Shown piece by piece: positions 53,393-64,000 of a DNA stretch of 64,000 nucleotides; positions within the stretch are counted from its first letter, which is position 1, and every line of letters starts with the position of its first letter. The stretch is from the NCBI GenBank assembly GCA_963844715.1, contig CAWJPJ010000007.1, forward strand, positions 384,001 to 448,000, read 5' to 3'. A program made the position numbers and the translations under genes. The DNA is from an uncultured Phycisphaerales bacterium (GTDB lineage: Bacteria; Planctomycetota; Phycisphaerae; Tepidisphaerales; Tepidisphaeraceae). The notes under the pieces are model-generated. The model had not been told where the DNA came from. It saw only the letters and a program-made list of their open reading frames with translations, and ran no database searches.

Positions 53393-53498
53393 ATTGCACC
53401 TCCATGCAACAACTTTGTATCCAACCCACTTTTTGATCTACCCACTGCGCGATTCCACGGCAAGTGTAACGAGTAATCGTTTTATACCATGTATGCAG

Positions 53499-53513
53499 GC
53501 AAAATACGGGCCA
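53499..53513 (-). promoter_or_regulatory. Sigma54 (-24/-12) promoter
   Basis: TGGCCCG-TATT-TTGC versus consensus TGGCACG-N4-TTGC, about 107 nt upstream of the ATG at 53392. Confidence 0.65.
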
Positions 53514-53599
53514 AGGGGGCTGCGCGTCAACAGAGAGAACCGCCCGCGACAGGATTTATATTTAGATGTGGCGAAATGACCGGAAAGGGGAGGGATGAG

Positions 53600-53638
53600 C
53601 AAAAAGAAGCGAGGGTTGAGACGAATCTCAACCCTCGC
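53600..53638 (-). terminator. Rho-independent terminator
   Basis: 13-bp stem GCGAGGGTTGAGA-TTCG-TCTCAACCCTCGC followed by TTCTTTTT. Confidence 0.9.
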
Positions 53639-53664
53639 GTAGCTTACGAGTTAATGATCGATCG

Positions 53665-54345
53665 TTAGGCAATGAGCTTTTTGAGGCTCTTCGCCGAGGC
53701 GATCAGGCCGAGGCCCAGGAGGCCGGCCAATCCCTGCCAGGCAGCCGCGGGTAGGGGAACCAGCGGGCCGGTGATGGGGACTTCCTTGAAGGTAAAGGTG
53801 GTGCCAAGACCGAGGGGGTTGGCATCAATGATCAGGTCGCCATCCGGACCGATGCCCCACAGGGAGGTGGCAAAATTTGCCTGGCTGCCTGTGTAGACGA
53901 CGGCGGGATTGCCGTCAATCGTGGTCACGGTGACCGAGGTATAGCCGTCTGGCGGGGCGAACGGAGAACTGGCGCTGCTGACAAACGACGCATCGGCATT
54001 GCTGTTCAGCAGGACGAAATCGAACCCGCTCCAACTTGTGTTAGTCGCGTTGGTGATGGATTCGTTCGTGAAATCGATGAGCGACGTTGCGCTCGCCGAA
54101 GTCTGGGTGAACGTAATCAGAAGCCCTTCGCCGGCGTTAGACGGCATGAAAGTGGCTGCTTTTTCGACGTTCAATTGACCAGTGGGCTGAGACGGGTCGG
54201 CAGTCAGAGAGAGACCCGAGAAGGTCGCCGTCCAACCGCTGCCGCCGATATCGGAGACAACAGTCGCCGCCTTGGTGGCGCTCGACATCAAACCTAGTAC
54301 TGCGGAGAAGCCAGCCACGGTGGCGAGCTTAGTGATGCGCTTCAT
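53665..54345 (-). CDS. VPLPA-CTERM protein, paralog of 52691..53392
   Basis: AAGGAGGT RBS before MKRITKL; shares SGWTATFSGL, GQLNVEKAATF, GEGLLITFTQ, WSGFDF; VPLPAAAWQGL. Confidence 0.9.
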   Translation of the reverse strand: MKRITKLATVAGFSAVLGLMSSATKAATVVSDIGGSGWTATFSGLSLTADPSQPTGQLNVEKAATFMPSNAGEGLLITFTQTSASATSLIDFTNESITNATNTSWSGFDFVLLNSNADASFVSSASSPFAPPDGYTSVTVTTIDGNPAVVYTGSQANFATSLWGIGPDGDLIIDANPLGLGTTFTFKEVPITGPLVPLPAAAWQGLAGLLGLGLIASAKSLKKLIA

Positions 54346-54744
54346 CTGTTCTACCTCCTTAAGAAACCAAACCGCACAGAGCGCCAGACGGCCAGGTTTC
54401 GGACAACTTTTTTTGTTCCACAAAGTCTCGAGTCTCCCACGACCCAAAGACAATGAACACCCACGAACTGCCGTAACGGAACAGTTACGACGAGACTGAA
54501 TATACAACGATTCGTAGTATTAACAACAAGAAAAATACGCGATTCCCCGGGGAGATCATAAACAGCGCAAGATTTAGGGGTTGTATCGGACCTTAAAAGG
54601 GGCTCATTGGCCCCATTATTTTCGGCAGGAAATGCCCAGATTTGCAAATCGTTTTAAATGCACCAGTTATGCAGCGCAGAGCGCCAGGTCCGATAAACTG
54701 GGTAGTTTGATAGAAAGCGCGTATTATCGGTCCAAAATGAGCTT

Positions 54745-57700
54745 TTATTGGCTTGGGGAGGATGCGGCGGCTTTCTTGACCAGGTCTCGAGCCGAGTCCA
54801 GCTCGGCTTGCGAATCTGGAGAAAGCTGAGCGTTGGCGGGCAGAAGGGAATCGATTCGATTGAGATAGCGAGCGGCATCATCGAAGCGACTGGCATGCGC
54901 ATAGGTCGAGGCCAAGCCGATCAGCACGCTGAAGTTCTTCGGCTGCAATTGCTCACCCTGCTGAAAGGCGACGATGGCATCGTCGGTGCGGCCTTCCTTC
55001 AGGAGCGTGCGCCAGCGTGTCGTAGAAATTCGATGTATCGGGATTATTGGGCTGGGCGGCAATGGCGGTTCGGGCGAGAGTTTCAGCTTCGGCGAGCGCT
55101 TGGGGAGAATCCTGCTTACGCAGAAGATCGGCCAGATTATTTTCGGCGACGGGTTGCCTGGGATCGATTTTGAGAAGCTGGCGGTAGGCGTGTTCGGCGG
55201 TGGTGTCGTCGCCGATGGCGCTGCAGGAGAGAGCGTAGGTCATGAGTAGGGAGGGGGTGGCCTTGTCGGTATCGGCGAAGGGGGCCAACGTGTCGTGCGC
55301 CATTTGGAACGCCTTTGGGTAGCCGAGATGAATCGCAACGTCGAAATATGCGGTGGCGATTCTTTGCTGGTCTTCGACGGAGGTGGGATCGAATAGCGGG
55401 CGGATCTGATCGATCCAGGCGCAGGCGGCGGCGCCGTCGGTGTGCGCGATGGCGGCGATCTTCAGCCAGTCGTTGCGCCACTTGGCGGATTTTTCCGCCA
55501 GGGGATGAAGGAGCGCGGCTGCGTCGGGTTCGCTGCCGGAGCGAATGAGGGCCTCGGCGTAAGTCACCAGGACGTCTTCATACGCGTCGGGAGAATTTTT
55601 GGCGTCGGGGATGTAGGGGGCGAGGCGCTCGACGGCGTCCTGAGCCTGATCGGTGAAGAGATCGGCGATGGCGATCATGATGTCGACTTGCTGGGGCTGA
55701 TCGGCGCCGCGCTGGCGCCATTTGTTGGCGGCTACGATGCAGTCGCCCCAGCGGCCGACGGCGGCGTAGCTCTCGGCGCTTAGCGCGCGGCATCCGGGGA
55801 ATCGGGGAATTCGACCATGGCGCTGGCCGCCAGTTGCACCGCGTCGTCCATGCGCCGGTCGGTGAGCATCGCCTGGACAGCCAGTTCGTAAGCGGGGAAA
55901 AACCGCGGATATTTCTGCACGAGATCGGACATGGATTGAGCGATCTGATCCGGATTCTGATCGGAGGCGGCGTAAGCGGTGAGCGTATCCATGCCAGCGA
56001 CATTGGAGGGATCGCGCGTGATGGCGTCGATGAGATCGGGCGCCTGCTGGGCAATCTGCGGGGAGGCGGAAAGAATGTCGTTGATCTTTTTCAGGGCGGC
56101 CAGATCGTCGTTGTTTTGCCAATAGGAGGTGGAGATGTTGAGAGCGGTGGTGGCGGGGGCCCATTCGTGGCGGCGGATGAGGAAGCCGATGCGCGCGATG
56201 GCGGGATCGGAGTGATCGCCGGCGGTTTTGGAGGCGTCGGCGTAAAGAGTATCGGCGGCGGCGGGGTCTCCGAATCGCTCTTCAAAATCGGCGAGGATCA
56301 AGTCCTTTTGCCACGCGGGAAGATTCAATTCGTCGAGGCGGACCAGGAATTTTTTGGCGGCGGGGAGATCGTGCTGGGTGCCGAAGAATTCGGCGGCTTC
56401 GCGGATGGTCGCCGCATCCAGGGCGGGGGCGTTGTTCAACTTGAAATAGACGGAGGCGGCGTCGTTGATCTGGCCGAGAATGCGATCGACTTTGGCAAGC
56501 GTCGCGTCGTGAAGAACCTGATTGGAGCAGGTTGGATAGGCGACGAGGAGCCGCTGGGCGCGTTGCATGTCCCCTTCGCGGGCGATCAGCAGGGCGGCTT
56601 GAAGGGCCATGTCGGGGGAGAGATTGGGAACGTTGGCCAGGCGGTCGAAGGCAAGACGGGCGTCGTCGGGTTGGCCGTCGGCGTCGAGGCAACTGAGCAA
56701 TCCCCAGAGCACGCGGGCGTTACGAGGAGCGAGATCGGCAGCTTGGCGCCATTCGGCGATGGCGGCGCCGTAATTTTTCAGTTTTTCGTTGGCGACGGCC
56801 ATGAGGATGTGCGGGCCGACGTCGCCGGAGGAGATTTTGAGAACGTCGGTGAGCAGGACGATGGCGGCGTTGGCGTCGCGCTGGGTATCGTCGCCGTCGA
56901 TCAGCCAGCGGGCGCGGTAGATTTTCCAGCCGATGGCGTCGTCGCCGGTCATATTCTTGAGGCGGCTGATGGTGCGATCGATGAAGGGTCGAATCGACCA
57001 GGCGGAGTTTTCGTCGGCGAGAATTGTCGATTGCACGAGGAGATCGTTGGGATAGGCGTCGCCCAATGTGACCCAGGCGGCGGCGGCGGTCGGATCGCCG
57101 GAAAGTTCGCGGTACTGGCAGATTTCCAGATCCCATTGGACGGGGGTGCCGACGCCTTTATCTTTGTTGGATTCGAGGAGATTGATACCCTGGGCGGTTT
57201 GTCCGTTGTTAAAAAAATCGGTGGCTTGCGCGAGGGCGAGGCGCGGGGTGAGGCCGAATTGTTTTTCGATCGTGGCGTAGATCTCCGATTCCATTTTCAG
57301 GCCGTCCTGCTGGCTGATTTTGGCCAGACGAAGCAGGGTGTCTTCGTGGAGCTGGGCGGCCTGGGCTTCGGCGACACGGATGACGGCGATGGCTTTGTCC
57401 TGATCGCCGGTCTGGGCGAGTAGATCGACGTAGACGGGGAGAGTTTCGGGCTCGTTGGGATACTGCGACTGGAGGCTCTGGAGGGCGTTGATGAGTTTCT
57501 GAGCGGCATCGGAATCGTGGGTGTTTTTCCACTCGGAATAGCCGACGAGAATCTGAGCGGCGATGGCGCGGACGTCGTAGGCGCCGCCGCCTTTTGAGCC
57601 GGCCAAAGTCGCGCGCTGCACGGCGCTGAACGCGTCGTTATTGATATGTCCCTCGCTGGCGAGCATCTCGGCGATGCGGAGCTGCGGCTCGGCCCAGCTT

Positions 57701-59004
57701 GGGGCGCGAGCGGACGCGTTGTGCCATTGCTCCAGCGCCAGAGAGTTTTCGCCCATGCGGAGATAGGTTTCGCCGAGCAGATAGAGGATGACCGGATTGT
57801 TCGGTGCGTGCTGCAAGGCTTCCTGGAGCTTGTCGAGACGGTCCTTGGGCGAGGAGTTTGAATTGCCGTACTCGGTCTTGAGGACAATGGTCCACGCCGC
57901 GGCGGAGGGCTCGTTGTCGCGGGAGGCGAGGGCCGCGGCGAGCGCGTCGGCGTCGCCGGTCTTATTCAGGTTGTAAAGCGAAAGCGCCTTGAAGGCGACG
58001 AGATCGGCGTTGGTCTTGTCGGAGGCCGCGCTCGCGGGGGTAATGTCGGGGAGGATGGCGACGACCTGGTCAAACTCGTGGTTCTGCCAGAGGCGCTGCA
58101 CGAGTTGCGGCGTAAGGGAGGGATCCTTGAGCTTGGCTTGGGCGCGGGTGAGAAGATCGAGGGAGGCGGCGTACTGCCCGGTGTTGTCGAGCATGTGCGT
58201 GGTGATGGTGACGAATTGCGGATCAGGAGGTTCCTGCTGAGCCGCCTGGGCGAGAAGTTTGCTCGCCTGCTGCAATTCAGCGGTGCGCTCCTCGGTGGTG
58301 TCGGTGGAGCTTTGGGCATAGATATTCGCCATCGCCTGGACGAGTATGAACCTGGGATCGTTGGGATATTTCTTCTGCAGGTCGTCGGCACGGGCGTGAA
58401 TTTGCGAGGGCTCGTCGCCGACTTTCTGCATGAGGTAGAGGGCGCGCTGCTGCATTTCGACGTCGGTGGGATTGGCGTCGCAGTATTTTTCGGTGGCGTC
58501 GAGGGCTTCGTCGAATTTTCGCTCGCGGGTTTGAATCTGGGCGATGGCCTTGAGCGCGGTTAGATCGTTGGGGTTGGCCTGGAGAAGCTCATGAGCCTGG
58601 TCGAGGGCGGCGGCGGCGTAGAGAGTGAGCGGGGCTTCCAGCTCGAGAAGGAAATGCTGCGCTTCGACGTTGTCAGGTTGAAGATCGCAATATCGCCGGG
58701 CGATGGCGACGGCTTGGACGATGTATCCGCCGTCAAGAGTGGGGACTTTGCTGCGCGCGATGGCGAAGGCCATGAGGGCTTCGGTATCGCTTTTGCGCTT
58801 GGTGACGTAGACGCTGAGTTTCTCGATGGCGGTGGGATAATCGCCGGCGTTAAAGGCGGCCATGCCTTCGGATTTGATTTCGGCGATCTTCTGATCGGCC
58901 TGGTACATGCGGTAGCGATAGAGTCCCGCCCCGGCCACGACAAGAAGAAGGGCGATCAAAGCGAGAATGAAGACGCGTCGTTTGGTTTTTGGGCGGATGC
59001 TCAT
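54745..59004 (-). CDS. Very large periplasmic TPR protein (PrsT-like), about 1400 aa; frameshifts near 55790 and 55010
   Basis: N-terminal TM helix; TPR-like repeats; PVAENNLA..L; FYDTLA; translationally coupled to the upstream gene. Confidence 0.82.
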
Positions 59005-60479
59005 GCTCGGGTCACCTTGCGGAAGATGCGCACAATGGTCTTCCAGATGATCCAAACGTCAAGGGCGAGGGAACGCTTTTCAACGTATTCGATGTCGTAT
59101 TTGATCCATTCCTGGAAGTCGGTTCCGCTTTGGCGGGTGCGGTGAATTTGCCAGAGTCCGGTGATGCCGGGACGGACGCTGAGACGGGCCTCGCGCCAGG
59201 GCGGGCAGAATTGATTTTCGACGCGCGGGCTGGGGCGCGGGCCGACGACGGACATCTGGCCGAGGAGAACGTTGATGAACTGCGGAAGCTCGTCGAGATC
59301 ATATTTTCGCAAAACCGCACCGACGCGCGTGAGTCGCGGATCGGTGGGGATGTAAAACTGCGGGCCGTCGGCGAGATTCTGCCGGCGGAGGCGTTCTTTC
59401 ATTTGCTCGGCGTCCTTGCGCATGGAGCGGAATTTGATGCAGGGGAACTCGCCGCCGCCCATGGTTTCGCGGTGATGCGTGAAAAAGAAGGGGCGTCCAT
59501 CCTCGAACCAGATCGCCAGGATGATGAACGGATAGAGCGGAAGAGTCAGAAGCAGGGCGAATAAGCTGAAGACGATGTCGAAGGCTCGTTTGATGAAGCG
59601 AGCGAAGCGGGTTTCGTCCTTGATCGGAGGCGTTTGGGCGGGAATTTCGGAGCGCTCGATGGTGAGCCATTGGATGTCGCGAATCGGGGGGCGCGCCTTG
59701 GGATCGTCCCAGATAATGGCGGGACCGATGACGGTGGTTCCGGCGGGGACGTTGCGGCCGGCGCCGACCCAGACGGGGCCGATGAAACGCGCGTCGGGAT
59801 CGATGGTGCTGTGGGGATCGCGCCAAACCTCGGGCTCGACGAACAGGGCGCGGTCGATGGTGGAATTGGGCTGAGACCAGCGGCTGATGAGATGCCTCAG
59901 ATACGCGGCGATGTCCTGGTCGAGACTGCGATCGAACACGCGGCCGTCGACGGAAAGAGTCAGGCGCTCGTGCCTGGGCGTGTACCGGCGCAGGCGGCGC
60001 CAGCCGCTGAGCGGGTCCGGGGAGGCTTGCCAGAGGCGGGCGACTTCTCGGTCGGGGGTGAGGACGGCGCGGGCGAGGCGCATATCGTCGGCGGTGTCGT
60101 AAAGTCGCTGGAAGCGGACGAAGCGATTGGAGTCGTCGGTGATGACGCGCTCGCGATAGCCGCGTTCGCGGTCGTCGTGCAGTCGCAGGAAAAGAACGGT
60201 CGGCTTGATCCAGTTTAATTCCTCGATGACCTGGCTGACGCGAAAGATGGCGAGCGATCGGGGGTCGGTCAGAAGATACAGCTCGGCGTCGCGCACGATT
60301 TCCGAGGGCTCGCCCTGGCGAACGACCTGGATGCCCCGGGCGGCCCAATAGCGATGATGAAGAGCAAGGATATCCAGACCCCAGACGGTTTGGCTGGAGA
60401 TATGAATAGCCTCTTCGCCGGGGTCAGCGGCGTGGTCGGGCGGGGCGATCAAGGGCGAGGCAACCATGGGTCTGGGCAA
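59001..60479 (-). CDS. Priming sugar (phosphoglycosyl) transferase with an atypical soluble N-terminal region
   Basis: [45 protein letters not shown]. Confidence 0.93.
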   Translation of the reverse strand: MPRPMVASPLIAPPDHAADPGEEAIHISSQTVWGLDILALHHRYWAARGIQVVRQGEPSEIVRDAELYLLTDPRSLAIFRVSQVIEELNWIKPTVLFLRLHDDRERGYRERVITDDSNRFVRFQRLYDTADDMRLARAVLTPDREVARLWQASPDPLSGWRRLRRYTPRHERLTLSVDGRVFDRSLDQDIAAYLRHLISRWSQPNSTIDRALFVEPEVWRDPHSTIDPDARFIGPVWVGAGRNVPAGTTVIGPAIIWDDPKARPPIRDIQWLTIERSEIPAQTPPIKDETRFARFIKRAFDIVFSLFALLLTLPLYPFIILAIWFEDGRPFFFTHHRETMGGGEFPCIKFRSMRKDAEQMKERLRRQNLADGPQFYIPTDPRLTRVGAVLRKYDLDELPQFINVLLGQMSVVGPRPSPRVENQFCPPWREARLSVRPGITGLWQIHRTRQSGTDFQEWIKYDIEYVEKRSLALDVWIIWKTIVRIFRKVTRA

Positions 60480-60503
60480 AATGCCGCTTCAAAGCACTGT
60501 AGA

Positions 60504-62801
60504 TCAGGAATGCTCGCCGTGCGAGCCGAGGCCCGACCGAACCGACGAGGCGACGGCGGTGACAACGGGTCCGATGCGGTCGCCGTTGCCGTTGGCGCCG
60601 GGGAGATCGTGCAGGCTCATGCGGCTGACGGAGCGATCGAAATCCTGAGCTTGTGCCCGGTTGAAGACTACGCCGGCGAGCGTGGCGCCGATGGCATGGA
60701 GATGGGCGATGGCGCGGTCAACCAGATGTTTCTGCTGGCCGCGGGAGACGCAAAGGATGACGCCGTCGGCGGCGACCGCCATGGGCGAGGCCTCGATGCT
60801 GCCGAGGATCGGACCGGTGTCGATGATGATGACGTCAAAATGGCCTCTGGCCGCAAGGATGAGTTTTCTGATGGAGGCGGGGGCAATGGAGCCGGTGTAT
60901 CCGCCCATGGCGCGACCGACGGGGAGGAGGAACAAATCGGCGACGTCGGTATTGTGGATGAGGGGGAGAACGTCGCCGGAGGCCATGGCTTCGAGGACGC
61001 CGTGATCGGCGGTGATGGCGAGGCGGCCGGTGAGTCCGCCGCCGACCAGATCGCCGTCGATCATGAGGGTGCGGGAACCGCTGGCTGCGAAGGAAAGGCC
61101 GAGGGCCAGGGTGAGGCTGGTCTTGCCGTCGCCGGATGAGCCGCTGGTGACGGTGAAGACGCGGCGGTCGAGGCTGTGCCCGGTGATCTGCAATATCGTT
61201 CTGATCTGATGGACGCAGTGAGCGGCGGTGGCGGCCTGATCGGGATCGGTTAGCAGATCGGGCAGGTTGGGCAGAATACCCAGGAGATGCGACTCCGCCG
61301 AGGTCGCTGTGGGTCTCGTCGCTGTAACGGAGGCGTCCATCGAGCAGGCCGATGAGAACAACGACCGCTGCCGGGAACATGCCGCCGCCGAAGAAGCCAA
61401 GGGCGGCGTATTGAAAGCGTTTATCGTGGGTGGGCTCGGCGGCGACGCTCGGCTCACTGATGATTTCCAGTTGGCCGGACATCAGCGACTTCTGAGAGTT
61501 CAGCGAATCGAAATCCTGGTCGATGGCGTCGAGATCGCGCTGTTTGGCGGCGATCTTGCCCTGGACCTCGCGGATCATTTCCATTTGCTGGCCGATCTCG
61601 TGGCAGAGGGTGTCCTGCCGATCGCGCTGATCCTTGAGAATGTTCATGCGGAGGCGCTTGGCTTCGAGATCGGCCTGGAGATTCACGACGACGGGGGTCA
61701 GCCCGTTGTAGGATCCGAGACGGTAGTTTTTGTTCCAGTTTTCGACGTATTCCTTGATCTCGGAATTGAGGATATCCAGATCGTTCTGCATGGACTGGAC
61801 GCGGGGATGGTTGTCGCCGTATCCGTCGGCCTTCATGCGGGCCAAATCCTCGATGAGTTGCATGCGTTCTCCGAGCAGGGAGCGCATTTGCTGATCGCCG
61901 AGATTGGCGATCTGGGTTTCGCTGAGGCGCCGGTGGAGTCGGGAGTGCGCGGAGAATTGGGGTCAGGAGGAAGAGACGAGCCGGCGGAGGTTCCGCTCTT
62001 GGAGGCGATGGCGACGGCGGCCTCGGCCTGCTTGTACTGCTGTTCGGCATCGCTCAATTCGGCGTCGAGATGGGCGAGCTGCTGCATTTGCGAACTGGAG
62101 AAATCGCCCAGATCGTCGGAGCCGTATTTCTTGGACAAATCGGAAAGCTGGGCGCGGAGAAGTTCCAGATCGTTTCCGATTCGGCTGCGGGTGGTGTCCA
62201 ACTGGTTGATCTTGTGAGTAAGAAGGAGCGGGTCCTCGGATTCGTAGAAGTCCTGATAGGCCTCGCCCATGACGTCGGCGCCGATTTTGGCGGTGACGGG
62301 ATCGGGATCGGAGTAGGAGATCTGAAGGATCGAGGTATTGGGGATCTCTTCGACGTCGAGATTTGAATAGAAGGCGTCGACCGAGGCGTCATCCTTCCCG
62401 CCGCCCTGGGCGAGCCATTTGGGATTCTTGAGGGCGAGTTCGACCATGTCACGGCTTTCGATCACCGCGGCCTGCGATTGCAGGAAGGTATTGAATCCGG
62501 GGACCGGGGTGTCGCTGATCGCGTGAGCGGAGGGGATTGTGGGGCTGACGTAGATTCGGCAATGGCTTTCGTACATGGGCCTCTTGGAGAAGAAGCCGAT
62601 GAGGCCGAGGGTAATTCCGAGGGCGAGTCCGAGTCCGATAACCAGGGGATAACGTCCGCGCAGGAGGCGGTGGATTTTCTTGAAGCCTGTCGCCGGCGGC
62701 ACGTGGGGCGGGGGAGCGATTCCCGCGGCCAATTGATGAGAACCGTCATGTCCGACGACGGGAAGCCCCGCTGCTTGCGCTAGACGCGTATCGCTGGTCA
62801 T
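60504..62801 (-). CDS. Wzc-like polysaccharide co-polymerase / BY-kinase (frameshifts near 61890 and 61290)
   Basis: Wzz-like N-terminus; YGDNHPRV; second TM helix; VTS..GDGKT; IDGD; IIDTGP. Confidence 0.88.
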
Positions 62802-63541
62802 AGTGATTTCCCTCCGGTATCGCGATTCATGAGCGTCCGGATTACGCCTTGGATCGGGGTGATGAGATCGACGAACGCCGCGTCCCGTTCCTCGGCGCTC
62901 ATCGTGCCCGACATCACCAGTTGAAATTCGGCCGCGCCGAAATATCGGCGCTGGTAGTCCTCGCCGGAGATATATACATCGTCCATATCGCGGCAGATGG
63001 CACCATTAAGTTCCTTATGGCTGACGGCGACGCCGGGGACGCAAGGGGTGATAAAAAAGTTATAGACCACCTGCCGGTCGCCGAGTTCGTCCTTGGAGAA
63101 TTCGTATACCATTCCATTGATATCCAGATTGTTGAGATGCCAGGTTCGGGGACTCGAGGCGAGGAGCTGCTGGCCCTGGGCCGGATAACAACGCGGGGGG
63201 TAGTGCCCCTGAAGGTCGCGGGCGTCGCTGCAATCGACGATGAGGAGCGTGGCGGTGAACCCGCTGCCTTGCTTGACGTAATCGCGGCTGAGAATGGTGT
63301 TGGGGCGAAGCAGTTCGGTGGCGGCGGTGGCGACGGGGACATCCGCGCCGGTCCAGAGATTGCCGGTGGGCCCGACGAGCGTCAGGGGGATGCCGTCGAT
63401 GACCTTGCGGGAGGCTTCGAGATATTTGGCGGCGTCGGCAGGATGGACGTGGGTGCCCGCCTCGGCCACGATGCCACCCAGCATCAGGACCGAAATCAGC
63501 GGCCAGAGCCAAACGCCTTTGCTTTCCTTTCGATACGCCAT
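62798..63541 (-). CDS. Exosortase-associated EpsI-family protein
   Basis: IP..W.G.DV..LL.P..LSRDY; HYPPRCYPAQG; adjacent to the exosortase. Confidence 0.82.
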   Translation of the reverse strand: MAYRKESKGVWLWPLISVLMLGGIVAEAGTHVHPADAAKYLEASRKVIDGIPLTLVGPTGNLWTGADVPVATAATELLRPNTILSRDYVKQGSGFTATLLIVDCSDARDLQGHYPPRCYPAQGQQLLASSPRTWHLNNLDINGMVYEFSKDELGDRQVVYNFFITPCVPGVAVSHKELNGAICRDMDDVYISGEDYQRRYFGAAEFQLVMSGTMSAEERDAAFVDLITPIQGVIRTLMNRDTGGKSL

Positions 63542-63555
63542 AAATCAAAACCTTT

Positions 63556-64000
63556 TCACTGCGAAGCCAACGTATATTGCGTCACGGGAATTAATGCCCA
63601 CTGGAGCATCTTGATGATTCCATACAGGATAAGGAACGCCAGGGGGAGCATGGCCCAACCGGCGTAATTGTGGAACGGCTGGAAATATTTAGGCTCGTAG
63701 CCGTAGACCCAGACCGTCGCGGGCACGCGGATGACGTTGCACAAAATCGCCGCCAGGGGGCTGGCGACCAGAATGAGGATGCGCACGAAGTTGCGAAGCG
63801 GCAGGGCAAAACCGAAGGCAAAACAGACGAGGATCAGGGCGAAGACCATTCGCATGCCGTTGCAGGCCTCGGCGACGAAGAGGGGCTGGCCATTGATAGT
63901 GAGGAGATTTCCGGTGACTTCGGTGTTCACTTCGCCGCAGAGTTCGAGGACTTTTTCAGAGATGGCGGCGGTCCAGTTTTGCAGAGGCGAGGCGATCGCC
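63556..64000 (-). CDS. Exosortase (EpsH family), 5'-truncated
   Basis: PLQ; VAEACNG (Cys); NVIRV (Arg); FHNYAG (His). Confidence 0.92.
   Translation of the reverse strand, partial: AIASPLQNWTAAISEKVLELCGEVNTEVTGNLLTINGQPLFVAEACNGMRMVFALILVCFAFGFALPLRNFVRILILVASPLAAILCNVIRVPATVWVYGYEPKYFQPFHNYAGWAMLPLAFLILYGIIKMLQWALIPVTQYTLASQ

Noticed and set aside
47947..54345. GT41 enzymes glycosylating the adjacent VPLPA-CTERM proteins
   Set aside because: Only adjacency supports it; the genes are convergent, and the GT41s lack signal peptides while the targets are exported
1..64000. Many frameshifted genes as pseudogenes or programmed frameshifts
   Set aside because: They affect housekeeping genes (sucA, hisA, uvrC, ettA), fall in GC/homopolymer contexts, and leave motifs intact on both sides; most likely long-read errors
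1..64000. CRISPR array, tRNA, rRNA
   Set aside because: No regularly spaced repeats, cas genes or recognisable stable-RNA sequence; the 23-nt motif is dispersed, not arrayed

Overview
GC-rich bacterial window, probably from a Planctomycetota (Phycisphaerae/Tepidisphaerales-like) genome; this is inferred from gene content (CxxC..CPEC membrane protein, short UvrC, VPLPA-CTERM/exosortase genes, repeat types). About 20 genes, including housekeeping ones, carry 1-2 nt frameshifts in GC/homopolymer contexts, which points to long-read consensus errors rather than pseudogenes. Contents in order: 3' end of nadC; an 18 kb type IV pilus/T2SS-like operon with an embedded HK, receiver, GAF-HD-GYP and STAS module; SDR, MarR and a membrane gene; GT2 and PAP2; LysM L,D-transpeptidase; 5-FCL; rarA; a DUF6883/DUF4926-like pair; argG; a P450; an IS5-family element; a type II RM cassette; sucB and sucA; a mixed operon; hisA; uvrC; ettA; two tandem TPR-GT41 genes; two VPLPA-CTERM paralogs; and an exosortase/EPS locus. 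The most notable observations are non-coding: (1) a 23-nt motif found four times, always intergenic, lying in two copies inside a ~115 bp element with a covarying stem; (2) an IS inserted at CTAG inside a REP-like palindrome whose relatives sit in prepilin leader sequences; (3) orphan structured RNA candidates; (4) a sharp C-rich to G-rich strand switch near 31.8 kb that is independent of gene orientation.
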